Below are positions 10,322-19,174 of a stretch of DNA of 64,000 nucleotides, piece by piece. The stretch is from Candidatus Hydrogenedentota bacterium. GTDB taxonomy: Bacteria; Hydrogenedentota; Hydrogenedentia; Hydrogenedentales; SLHB01. The stretch spans positions 256,001-320,000 of the forward strand of contig CAXXYE010000011.1 of NCBI GenBank assembly GCA_963674865.2, given 5' to 3'. Each line of letters opens with the position of its first letter. Positions within the stretch are counted from its first letter, which is position 1. The position numbers and the translations under genes were made by a program. The notes below the pieces were generated by a model. The model saw nothing but the letters and a program-made list of their open reading frames with translations. It ran no database searches and was not told the DNA's origin.

Positions 10322-10614
10322 CAGTGTATCCCCCGCGAAGCGGCGTGGCGGCGGAGAAGGCGGTAGCAGCGCCACAGCATGATCGCCGCGAACCATTCCA
10401 CGCCCACCCAGACTATCCCCGCGATGCGCAGGTAGAGTCCAAGGGCATTGCGCAGCGGCGCGTCGGCCCGAACTGCGGCGTCCAGAGCATCGGCCAACGC
10501 GTCCGCCTCCGCTCCCACCGCACGGAGCATCAGCAGGCAGGCCAACACGACGGCCAGTGCGGGAATGCCCTTGGAGCCGGGCGGCCTACCGAGATTCGGC
10601 AGCGCAGTTCTCAT
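10321..10614 (-). CDS. Small membrane protein (paralog B of W-x3-[ED] trio)
   Basis: GGAG RBS before ATG 10614. Signal/TM segment plus C-terminal TM WVGVEWFAAIMLWRCYRLLRR. Confidence 0.75.
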   Translation of the reverse strand: MRTALPNLGRPPGSKGIPALAVVLACLLMLRAVGAEADALADALDAAVRADAPLRNALGLYLRIAGIVWVGVEWFAAIMLWRCYRLLRRHAASRGIH

Positions 10615-11224
10615 CTTCCACTCCATGTGTGAGGACGTGCCTGAGTCGCCTATATGCGCGCCAGCCATGGAATACAATCAGGATTTCCAGTAGCACCCAT
10701 CCCGTGACGAAAACCGCCCAGACACCCATATGGACGTGCGCCCGAAATGTGTATAGAGCCGCCACGCGCGCGCCAAGGTCGGCCGTCTGCGCTACGTCCA
10801 AGCGCGCCAAGACCGCATCCAGCCGAGGAATGAACCAATGCCGGCCGAAGGTCAAGGCCGTGAGCAGAGCGAGGCCAAAGGCCCACACCCATGCCCGGCG
10901 GCGTTCCCGGCGTGTGAATCGAAAGCCTTCGGTGAGCGGCGATGTCTCGACAAAACGGCGCGCCGCCAGCACAAGATGAAGGATGCCGACTTCCGCGGCG
11001 ATCCAGAAGATGCCCGCTCCCTCGACGAGTTGTTGCCATCGATGGTAGGCCTGGGCTCGCGTGACCGCGTCGATCCCGGGCGAGGCCGCGTGTGCGTCCA
11101 ACGCCCACACGGCGGCCAGACAGCATGCAATCCAGCAGGCATGATGTAGATAGGCTAAACGTGCCCCGCGGGAACGGGCAGGATGCCCAAGATCAGTCCT
11201 GTCAATCTTGTCAATCCTGTCCAA
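10586..11224 (-). CDS. Membrane protein (paralog A of W-x3-[ED] trio); start uncertain
   Basis: About 4 hydrophobic segments and two copies of the W-x3-E helix. TTG start falls in a 9-nt tandem repeat. Confidence 0.78.
   Translation of the reverse strand: MDRIDKIDRTDLGHPARSRGARLAYLHHACWIACCLAAVWALDAHAASPGIDAVTRAQAYHRWQQLVEGAGIFWIAAEVGILHLVLAARRFVETSPLTEGFRFTRRERRRAWVWAFGLALLTALTFGRHWFIPRLDAVLARLDVAQTADLGARVAALYTFRAHVHMGVWAVFVTGWVLLEILIVFHGWRAYRRLRHVLTHGVEDENCAAESR
11197..11223. repeat. 3 x 9-nt imperfect tandem repeat
   Basis: tcctgtcaa tcttgtcaa tcctgtcca. Confidence 0.8.
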
Positions 11225-11411
11225 GAACGGCTCTTCCTACTTTTTGAGGAACGCTCTCAAGCCAACGGTAATACGTGCTCACTGACGATGCGTCGCCATT
11301 GTAGTCCATTCCCCAAAGATTACAAGCCTCGATTCGAGCAACGGCGAGTTGTGCGATGTTGTGTGTCAATGTAACATGCCTTACAATACTGATGTCAGTA
11401 GGGAGGCAACC

Positions 11412-12725
11412 ATGGCCTTGAGTGAATCATTTGTAGCTTCCGTGCGCTGTCTGGAAAGGAAGTATCGAGAACGGATTATCCAAGAGCAATCGGCCTTTTC
11501 ATCGAATATGTCTGCGATCAATGCAGTGATGAATGCTCAATTCCCTCAAGGAATGGCAGATATAGCCAGGAGGGCGGCTCTCGGCTTTGTTCGCGATGCG
11601 GCCGCCGAGTGTGAGGCATTACAGGATCTGGCTCAGGCCGAGGATTTTGACGCAGCACTCAAGACTATCCTTGACGCCGCTGTGGGATTGCTCGCCAGCG
11701 GCTCTCAGAACATGCTGGGGCCGCAGGTGAATCGGCCAGCGGATGTAGCGCGTGGATTTGCAGCCAGCGAGTTGACGGGCGAAGTGCGAGACCGCTTGTT
11801 GGTTGCTCAAGACAAGAGAAGGGCAAGAAGAAAGGACTCCATGCTTAGTTGGAAACTCTTGTTCCTGCAATCGAATCCACGAGATGCAGACTCTATCGAC
11901 ACGAATCGAGAGCATCGCGAAGTCCGCCAAGCGCTGAGGGAAGCCGACTACAGAGATCAAGTGGATCTGGTGCCGGAACCGGCTGCAAGGATTCGCGATG
12001 TTTTCCGGGCCATCAACGAGCATCGGCCGCGCGTAATTCATTTCTCTGGCCATGGACACGACTCTCGTCTTGCGCTACTTGACGACCGCGACGAGGCGAG
12101 ACCTTTTGATGGCCAGGACTTGGCCGACTTCATAGCCGCTAATGACGATCAAGTGCAGTTGGTTGTCCTCAACTCGTGTGGTTCCCTTCCACAAGCGCTC
12201 AAGGTTCTGCAAGCTGTCCCGCACGTCATAGGTACGAGCGACTCCCTCGGTGACGAAGCCGCGGTAGTCTTCTCACGAGCTTTCTACAGCGCCGTAGCGC
12301 ATGGTCGAGCAATTTCGTCAGCGTTCAGGCAGGCGACGGTTGCCGTACGGGCTGAGATCAGCCCTGCGGCGGCGTCCGTCTATGAATTGAAGTCCCGCTC
12401 CGACAGTGATGCCAGCGTAGCGTCACTGGTCGTGCCAACCCTTGCGGAGCAGAAGAGTGGGCAGGAGCCCCTATCCCAAGAGGAGCAGGATTTGCTCAAG
12501 GCTGTTCCTAGGACAGGCGATGTTCATGTCTTGAAGACCGACCAGAAGGGAAAGTGGGTGAGAGCAGGAGCGGCCGAGTTCTTCAATCACGATGACCCGA
12601 GTGAATCGGCGAGATACATAGAGGCGCTTGATTCACTTGTCAGTAGGCAGCTCGTACGGCACGAGGGCGGAGCACACTTCGCGCTTACCGGAACAGGTTG
12701 GGAGCTTAAGAGGGCATTGGAATAG
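11412..12725 (+). CDS. CHAT (caspase-HetF) domain protease with N-terminal helical and C-terminal winged-helix-like domains
   Basis: GGGAGG RBS before ATG 11412. LLFLQSNP...RE..EV, IHFSGHG (catalytic His), LVVLNSC (catalytic Cys), DEAAVVFSRAFY. Confidence 0.88.
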   Translation: MALSESFVASVRCLERKYRERIIQEQSAFSSNMSAINAVMNAQFPQGMADIARRAALGFVRDAAAECEALQDLAQAEDFDAALKTILDAAVGLLASGSQNMLGPQVNRPADVARGFAASELTGEVRDRLLVAQDKRRARRKDSMLSWKLLFLQSNPRDADSIDTNREHREVRQALREADYRDQVDLVPEPAARIRDVFRAINEHRPRVIHFSGHGHDSRLALLDDRDEARPFDGQDLADFIAANDDQVQLVVLNSCGSLPQALKVLQAVPHVIGTSDSLGDEAAVVFSRAFYSAVAHGRAISSAFRQATVAVRAEISPAAASVYELKSRSDSDASVASLVVPTLAEQKSGQEPLSQEEQDLLKAVPRTGDVHVLKTDQKGKWVRAGAAEFFNHDDPSESARYIEALDSLVSRQLVRHEGGAHFALTGTGWELKRALE

Positions 12726-12818
12726 CGAGGCAAGATTGTAGCACTCTCTCCAGTGCCACGCCGTCATATACGATCACGCGAGTGAGCTACGCGAGGCTGT
12801 GCTGCACAGTCTACGGCG

Positions 12819-13382
12819 TTACATGCGAGAGGAGGCCGCCTCCGCTTCCCTAGAACCATCACATGCTTCTACAAAGTCGCGGAAGTTCTTGGAATTTGCC
12901 TTACCGAAGTGCCGTTCGATATTCCTTCTCGAGCCGACTACTCGGACGCGCACCTCTTTGGCTTCGGATAGGAGTCGAATGAAGTCAAGCGTTGTTGGAT
13001 AGACTGCGACTTCGCTAACGTTATCGCCGAGCACCTCCCGTGAACCAAGACTGCCACTACCTGAGAGTGCCTTGCGCTCTCCGTCAACCACAAAGAGTAG
13101 AGACGCGCCTTTCTTGATGAAGCACCAGCCATTACTGTTGCCATATACGATCACCCGCAACATGTATGACGGAATTGAATCTTTTGTTGTTGCGCAGACG
13201 GCCTGAAGACGAACCTGTGATGTATCAAGAAGTGAAGAACCTGCCAGAGGATTGTAGGTCATGTCCGTGCGCTTCACGGCGGTGAACTCATCATACTCGG
13301 ACTGAACCGAGGACATACCAGCGCAGCTGACACCTAAAAGCAGCACTCCAATGATTGCACGATTAAAGCAAGTCGCGAACAT
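12819..13382 (-). CDS. Putative lipoprotein
   Basis: AAAGGAG RBS and signal IIGVLLLGVS-C. Lower-GC codon usage. Confidence 0.75.
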   Translation of the reverse strand: MFATCFNRAIIGVLLLGVSCAGMSSVQSEYDEFTAVKRTDMTYNPLAGSSLLDTSQVRLQAVCATTKDSIPSYMLRVIVYGNSNGWCFIKKGASLLFVVDGERKALSGSGSLGSREVLGDNVSEVAVYPTTLDFIRLLSEAKEVRVRVVGSRRNIERHFGKANSKNFRDFVEACDGSREAEAASSRM

Positions 13383-13644
13383 GCTAGTAGTCTCCTTTCA
13401 TCCGTGTGGCACTAGAAAGAAGCGATTCCTGTGGAGTACTCGTGGTAATTCATGCCAATTATTCTATACGAGTGCCCCCCGCCGTATCCAAACAATGACG
13501 TAGGCGTGCCCGTTGAGGTGCTTCCGATTGTCAATGTCTTGCAACGAATGATAGGCAGAGGAGCGGTGGGCCGGCGCGGAAGTGAATGTGCGCCAAGGCG
13601 CCAATCCCGACAGCCCGGAATAGGATTAGACGCGATGGCCGTTC

Positions 13645-14637
13645 CTATTCTGCGGCCTTGGTGCAGTATTCCCGCAGAAGGCGCAGAAAGATGTGGTAGT
13701 CTTCGAAGGAGACCCCCGGCGGCGTCTGGTGATCCACGGAAGGAATGAATCCCCCCTGCCGCATCACGGGAAGAAGCCGCTCGAACTCGGCCCGCATCGC
13801 CGCTTCCCCTCGGTTCATCACCATCTTGTCGTAGGCGCCGATATAGCGCGTTTTCGGATGATCGCGCCGGTATTGCGCGATGTCGCATCCGGCCTGGCGC
13901 TCGAGCGGCAGAAAGCCGTCTACGCCCACCTCCACGAACCACGGGATCAACTGGCCGATCTCTCCGTCCGTATCGACGAAGCGATAGATCCCGTACTCCT
14001 CCAGCCTGGGGACGATGCGCCGGTAGAAGGGCGTCTCGAATTGCTCGAATAACTCACGCGACACCATAGGCCCGTTGTTGTATGACATGTCCTCGGCGAA
14101 GGTCATGAAATCCGGGACGCAAATCCGGCAGAACTCGTCCAGCACCGCCAGGTTGAACTGCGTCAAATCCTCATTCATCGCCATGATGAGTTCCGGCGTT
14201 TCATAGAAAGCATACAAGTGCCGCTCGATTCCGAGCAGCGTGCGAGGAAACCAGAAGTAGCCTTCCAGCGAGATCCAGACGACCATGTCCCCCTTTGCCT
14301 GACGCTCGGCCCACGCTTCGATCATGGCGTGATCGAAGGCGTCTTGGGGGGCGGGATAAAGGCCATGGGCTTTCAGGGCCTCGTACTCGTCCATGTTCGA
14401 GACTACACCCGCGCCGTGCGCCCGTGCCGGTGGACGTTTCGGCGCGATCCAGTGCTGCCGGTAGCAGTCCAGGCCAAGGTAATCGCGGATCTCCTGACGA
14501 TCTTCAATCGTGTCGGTGAGGCCCTCTCTCCGCCAACGCTCAACCGTCTTGTCCCAATAGCCGGCCCACTCGATCGCCGGTAGCCGATCGACCGCCTCGA
14601 ACTGCATCAGCTGGTGAAAACGCGTACGGTTATCCAT
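13645..14637 (-). CDS. Uroporphyrinogen decarboxylase / MtaA-CmuA family protein
   Basis: N-terminal RxRF...DRLP, FAEDMSYNNGPMVS, FVDTDG, GGFIPSVDHQTPPGVS. Confidence 0.88.
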   Translation of the reverse strand: MDNRTRFHQLMQFEAVDRLPAIEWAGYWDKTVERWRREGLTDTIEDRQEIRDYLGLDCYRQHWIAPKRPPARAHGAGVVSNMDEYEALKAHGLYPAPQDAFDHAMIEAWAERQAKGDMVVWISLEGYFWFPRTLLGIERHLYAFYETPELIMAMNEDLTQFNLAVLDEFCRICVPDFMTFAEDMSYNNGPMVSRELFEQFETPFYRRIVPRLEEYGIYRFVDTDGEIGQLIPWFVEVGVDGFLPLERQAGCDIAQYRRDHPKTRYIGAYDKMVMNRGEAAMRAEFERLLPVMRQGGFIPSVDHQTPPGVSFEDYHIFLRLLREYCTKAAE

Positions 14638-14668
14638 GGAGACTCCGCCAAGATGGCCACCGCCCCGG

Positions 14669-15538
14669 TTAGGAATAGAACTCGAGAACGCGCATCACGC
14701 AATCGTAGGCCTCGAGCTTGAGCACGTCTTCGAGGCACTGCATGGCGGGATGATCGTCCGCTAAGACTTCGTACTTGCGCTTCACGGAGCCGATGACCAT
14801 GTCCAGCCCGCGTGGCATGGCCTTCGTGAGAAACGCGCTCTCTAACGGACTCTTTACGGGCGACCCATCGGCCCGCTTCGGCGGCAGCATCACCGTGAAA
14901 TTGCTCAGGCCCACCGACATGTGGACCCCTTTGAAATCCGGATCGTCATGAATCAACTGCATGCTGTCCAGGACCATCTTCGTAAGTCCCTCGGTGTCGC
15001 TGCCGATGGGGGGGATGCCCGGATCGAAGATGCAGTGCTCATTCGCGATGCCGTGTCCCGAGTCGCGGACGGCCTTTAACATCGCCTTGGCCGTCTCATA
15101 GGTTTCGGCGCCCGTCTTGTTCGGCTTCGATTCCCCCGATTCCTCTCGTTCCGACACCAGCAGGATCGGCATAAACGGTTGGATTTTGTACAACTCAAGC
15201 ATCTCGATCCGCTTCATGGCGATGGAGTTCAGTATGGGCATTTCTCCACCGGCTCGTTCCGCATCGTAAGCTTCAAGACCGGCCGCGGCCATCTCAGGAT
15301 CGGGCGTGTCAATCGAGAGCGGCTTTGCCGTCACTTCCTGTACTGTCTTGATCAACTCCGCCATGAAAGCCGGACCTCGTAGACCCACATTGACGTCGAT
15401 GTAAGTGGCGCCGCGCTCATCCTGCATCTGGGCCAACGCCTTGATGCCTTCGATGTCCCCCGCCTCGAATAGCTTATTCGTCGATGGAACGGAGTCGTTG
15501 ATAGATTCCCCGATGATGGCCAAACCTTCGATTGCCAC
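14669..15538 (-). CDS. Pterin-binding methyltransferase (methyl-THF:corrinoid MT, AcsE/MetH pterin domain-like)
   Basis: IIGESIN, GATYIDVNVG, PLSIDTPDP, ILNSI, IFDPG, VGLSNF. Confidence 0.88.
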   Translation of the reverse strand: MAIEGLAIIGESINDSVPSTNKLFEAGDIEGIKALAQMQDERGATYIDVNVGLRGPAFMAELIKTVQEVTAKPLSIDTPDPEMAAAGLEAYDAERAGGEMPILNSIAMKRIEMLELYKIQPFMPILLVSEREESGESKPNKTGAETYETAKAMLKAVRDSGHGIANEHCIFDPGIPPIGSDTEGLTKMVLDSMQLIHDDPDFKGVHMSVGLSNFTVMLPPKRADGSPVKSPLESAFLTKAMPRGLDMVIGSVKRKYEVLADDHPAMQCLEDVLKLEAYDCVMRVLEFYS

Positions 15539-15608
15539 GGTGCTCTCTCCTCAATTCATCGTCTTCCCAAGACCTCGGAATCCCACCACGAGGCCATGTC
15601 ATGCTAAA

Positions 15609-15634
15609 CGGGCCGGGCCAAACGGCCCGGCCCG
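15609..15634 (-). terminator. GC hairpin between corrinoid and pterin-MT genes (weak terminator or processing stem)
   Basis: cgggccgggcc-aaac-ggcccggcccg, an 11-bp perfect stem followed by only TTT on the minus strand. Confidence 0.5.
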
Positions 15635-15719
15635 CTATGCTTCAACCACGCTCTCAATAGGTACACCTGCGAACGCTGCTTCGTGCTCGACTCAGCGCTC
15701 CGCCGCACCGACAATGACG

Positions 15720-16385
15720 CTAGTTGCTCTTGGAAAGGTAATTCAGTGCGCCCTGCGGATCCGGCGAATAGGCGTCCGCGCCGATCTTGTCCGCGAACTC
15801 CTGCGTCAGCGGCGCGCCGCCCACGACGACCTGTGTGCTGCCGTCGTTATCTTTGATTGCCTTCACCGTCTGTTCCATGTTCACCATCGTCGTGGTAAGC
15901 AGCGCGCTCAGTCCCACGGCGCAGCCCGGATTCGCCTTCACGGCTTCCAGGAACTTGTCCGTCGAGACGTCCACACCCAGATCAACGACATTCCAGCCGC
16001 CGCCTTCCATGACCATGCAGACGAGGTTCTTGCCGATGTCGTGGAGGTCGCCCTGTACCGTCCCGATGATGAACGTGCCTTTGTGCGCGGCTTCGCCGGA
16101 CTCAAAGAAAGGCTTCAGGTGGGCCATGGCCGCTGACATCGCCTTCGCTGCCATCAGCAGATCCGGGACAAACACCTCGTTCCGGCTGAACTTCTCGCCG
16201 ACGTTCCCCATGCCGATCATGCAGCCCTTTTCAAGAATTTCGCTCGCCTTGACGCCTTCGTCCAAAGCACGCCTCGTCAACTCATCCGCGCCGTCCTGCC
16301 CCTTCATGTCCGGGGGATACGGAGATGATGCGTTTACCTTCCCGCGCTCGATGCACATCGCAATCTGTTCTACGATATCGGCCAT
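15720..16385 (-). CDS. Cobalamin-binding corrinoid protein (MtaC/MttC-like)
   Basis: B12-binding_2 cap (GMGNVGEKF...FVPDLLMAAKAM) and DLHDIGKNLV...GLSALLTTT...VVGGAP (DxHxxG motif). Confidence 0.95.
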   Translation of the reverse strand: MADIVEQIAMCIERGKVNASSPYPPDMKGQDGADELTRRALDEGVKASEILEKGCMIGMGNVGEKFSRNEVFVPDLLMAAKAMSAAMAHLKPFFESGEAAHKGTFIIGTVQGDLHDIGKNLVCMVMEGGGWNVVDLGVDVSTDKFLEAVKANPGCAVGLSALLTTTMVNMEQTVKAIKDNDGSTQVVVGGAPLTQEFADKIGADAYSPDPQGALNYLSKSN

Positions 16386-16569
16386 GACTCCTTCTCCTTT
16401 TCAGACTCGTCTAGTTCTTGCCGGCCCGAACCTCAAACCCTGCCAGGGAAAAACGCTAGGTCAAACGCACCACCCGCTCGGGGAGCGCCCCATCGGGACT
16501 CAGCGCGTGTAGGGGATTCCTTTGCTCCCCAGGGACCTTCCGCTCCAACTTCCCATCGATGCGGCCCCT

Positions 16570-16598
16570 ATTATTGCTGTTATGCCCGCCAAGGTCAA
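16570..16598 (-). promoter_or_regulatory. Putative sigma70 promoter for corrinoid gene
   Basis: Minus strand TTGACC-N17-AATAAT, implying a leader of about 175 nt. Confidence 0.5.
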
Positions 16599-16647
16599 TA
16601 TCTGAAATCGACGGCTATGTCAAGGTGTCTCGCGCCCGGATACGGCC

Positions 16648-17730
16648 TCAATATCGCCCCAGTTCCAGCCCGCGCTCCACGAAGTAGCGGTAGCTTTCAT
16701 AGGACACCTGATTGGGGATGGAGTGATCGGAGTGCAAAACGTACCCGTTGTTTCCCTTCACCACCGGGATTTTCGTTGACAATTCCTTGTCGATGAGCGC
16801 CCTGTCGTTGGTGTAGAGCACGCGCACGTCGATGCCGCCCATGAACGACAGCCGATCCCCATAATCTTGGTAAAGCTGAAGCAGGTCCATGCCCGCCTTC
16901 ACCTCGATCACCTGTAGGCAGTCCATCCCGGCCTCGATGAGTCCCGGCACAAGCGGCGCCACGTAGCCGCACGAGTGGACGATCACCGGAAGATCATGGC
17001 TCTTCGCCAGCGCCATCGTCTTCTTGTGCCCTGGCTGAATCAGTTCGCGGTACATGTCCAATGATACGAAGGGCCGCCCTTTGAAGCCCATGTCCTCATA
17101 GAACCAGATGCCGTCCGGCCAGCCTTCCTCCGCGAAGAGGATCTCCTGGAGGGCTACCGTCAGTTCGGCATACGTGTTGACCATGTCCTTTATCCAGTCC
17201 GGATCCATGGCCGCGCCCATCAACATATACTCGTGCCCGCACACCGGATGCATCTGCTCGAAGACGTTTGTCCCCGACCATGCGAAAAAGAGGTTACGCT
17301 CCGCCGCGCGCTGTTTGGCCTCGCGATACGCCTCGAAGTTGATCCGCGCCCGATCAGGCGTCAGATACGGCTTGATATGCTCCTCCCAGCCGGCCCGATC
17401 CTTCACGGTGAAGTCAACGTGTTCGGGCGTGCCGTCATGCAGTTTGTGACGGCGAAGCAGCGCGCCATTGCCATCGCGCGATAGGATCGTCTGCTCCGTC
17501 TCCTCGACGACAACCGGCTCGAAATCCAGCTTCGCTACCATCTTCAGCGGCCAGCAAAGCTGAAGGTCGAAGCCGAAGTGATCATCCAGTGATTCTCCCT
17601 CGGCGATGTGGCCTTGCTCGGCCCAAAGCTTGTGCGTATCGCCCCAAAAATGCTCCAACAACCCGATCCGATCGACCGGTTTGCGGCGGAGAATATTGCC
17701 GATTCGCTCGATGGGAAGCATCTCAGTCAT
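16648..17730 (-). CDS. Uroporphyrinogen decarboxylase / MtaA-CmuA family protein
   Basis: GGAGGG RBS before ATG 17730. ERI...VDRIG, FYEDMGFK, IVHSCG, SFMGGID, LHSDHSIP. Confidence 0.9.
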   Translation of the reverse strand: MTEMLPIERIGNILRRKPVDRIGLLEHFWGDTHKLWAEQGHIAEGESLDDHFGFDLQLCWPLKMVAKLDFEPVVVEETEQTILSRDGNGALLRRHKLHDGTPEHVDFTVKDRAGWEEHIKPYLTPDRARINFEAYREAKQRAAERNLFFAWSGTNVFEQMHPVCGHEYMLMGAAMDPDWIKDMVNTYAELTVALQEILFAEEGWPDGIWFYEDMGFKGRPFVSLDMYRELIQPGHKKTMALAKSHDLPVIVHSCGYVAPLVPGLIEAGMDCLQVIEVKAGMDLLQLYQDYGDRLSFMGGIDVRVLYTNDRALIDKELSTKIPVVKGNNGYVLHSDHSIPNQVSYESYRYFVERGLELGRY

Positions 17731-18056
17731 GCACTTACCCTCCCGTGGCAGCGAGATGTACTTCGACCCCGGCGGTGAATCCTTCGAGGACCACTGCTCA
17801 AGGTCCGGGAATGGTAGCATCGCCATCCTCAGACCGCAAGCGCGTATTGGGGGCTGCAGATGTCACGCGGTTAACGTCTTCTCACTTGCTCATACCTATC
17901 TGCGTCTGTCTTCCGTGACTCAAGACCTGCCACGCTTTAATGAAGGGGCAATGCACGAGATCTAGGCTTGCACTCTCCCCGCGCCGCAGTCTACCCTATC
18001 GCCGCCCGGTGGGACACCGCCGGATGAAATCGCATAGAACGCAATGGGAGTCCGAC

Positions 18057-19067
18057 ATGACATCACGCGAGCGTGTCATCAAGACGTTGGAATTCGATCA
18101 CCCCGACCGCGCCCCGCGGGACCTGTGGGCCCTGAAAGGCGTTGGCATGTTCCGTAAGGACGAGTACGAGGATGTTCTCCTGCGGTTTCCGTCCGATTTC
18201 GCGGGGCCGAAAGTTACCTACGGCACGTCGCCCATAGCCACGGGAAACTCGGGCGAGGTCGGCCACTACACCGACGAATGGGATTGCGTCTGGTACGTCG
18301 GCGAGCCGGGCGTCGCCGGAGAGGTTAAGCAATCTCCCCTGGAAGACTGGAGCAAACTCGCCACGTTCAAGGCGCCTTGGGAGTTGCTGGACAACGCCGA
18401 TTTCAGTGAGGCCAACGCGAGCTGTGCCGCCACCGAGAAGTTCGTCAAGGGCGGCGGCGGCATCCGTCCTTTCGAGCGTATGCAGTTCCTTCGAGGCACC
18501 GAGAACCTGATGATGGATCTCCTTTACCAGCCCAAGGAACTCTTCACGATGTTCGACATTGTGCACGAGTACTTCCTCAAAGAGGCGGAGCGCTGGGCCG
18601 AGACGGATATCGACGGCTTCGGCTTCATGGATGACTGGGGCGCCCAGAATAGCCTGCTTATCGACCCTGACCTCTGGCGCGCCCTCTTCAAGCCTATGTA
18701 TAAGGACTACTGCGACGTCATCAAGAAGTCGGGCAAATACGTCTTTTTCCACAGCGACGGCCACACCATGGCCATCATTCCCGATCTGATCGAAATTGGC
18801 ATTGACGCCCTCAATACACAGATCTTCTGCATGGATATTGAGGAACTCGGCCGCCGCTTCAAAGGCGAGATCACGTTCTGGGGAGAGATCTCAAGGCAGG
18901 ACATCTTACCCTTCGGCACCGTCGAAGAGGTCCGCGAAGCGGTTCGGCGCGTCCGGCGCGCCTTCGACGACGGTTCAGGCGGCGTGATCGGACAATGCGA
19001 GTGGGGGATACGCGACCCCAAAGAGAACATTGAGGCCGTCTTCGAAACCTGGCTGGAACCGATGTAA
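18057..19067 (+). CDS. Uroporphyrinogen decarboxylase / MtaA-CmuA family protein
   Basis: MTSRERV...PDRAP, DEW, PFERMQFLRGTENL, MDDWGAQ, FFHSDG, TFWGEI. Confidence 0.9.
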   Translation: MTSRERVIKTLEFDHPDRAPRDLWALKGVGMFRKDEYEDVLLRFPSDFAGPKVTYGTSPIATGNSGEVGHYTDEWDCVWYVGEPGVAGEVKQSPLEDWSKLATFKAPWELLDNADFSEANASCAATEKFVKGGGGIRPFERMQFLRGTENLMMDLLYQPKELFTMFDIVHEYFLKEAERWAETDIDGFGFMDDWGAQNSLLIDPDLWRALFKPMYKDYCDVIKKSGKYVFFHSDGHTMAIIPDLIEIGIDALNTQIFCMDIEELGRRFKGEITFWGEISRQDILPFGTVEEVREAVRRVRRAFDDGSGGVIGQCEWGIRDPKENIEAVFETWLEPM

Positions 19068-19174
19068 CCTGCTTCTGTCACCAAGCCCATTCTCGCGGGC
19101 CAATAGGTGAGAAGAGCAGGGCGTAGGTAGCTACGTGTGAGTTTATTCGATGCAGCCTGTGCGTGGCGCCGCGC

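Noticed and set aside
14669..15538. Dihydropteroate synthase (folP)
   Set aside because: Lacks the FolP N.TPDSFSDG and SRK motifs. It has the GE.IN/GLSN pattern of methyltransferase pterin domains and neighbours a corrinoid gene.
16386..16565. Canonical cobalamin, SAM, THF or ZTP riboswitch call
   Set aside because: Conserved cores (B12 box, SAM-I core, ZTP P3 CGCCUGGGC) were not found. Kept only as an unassigned candidate leader.
13645..19067. hemE gene symbol for the URO-D-like genes
   Set aside because: They lack the HemE W.MRQAGR motif and the context indicates methyl transfer.
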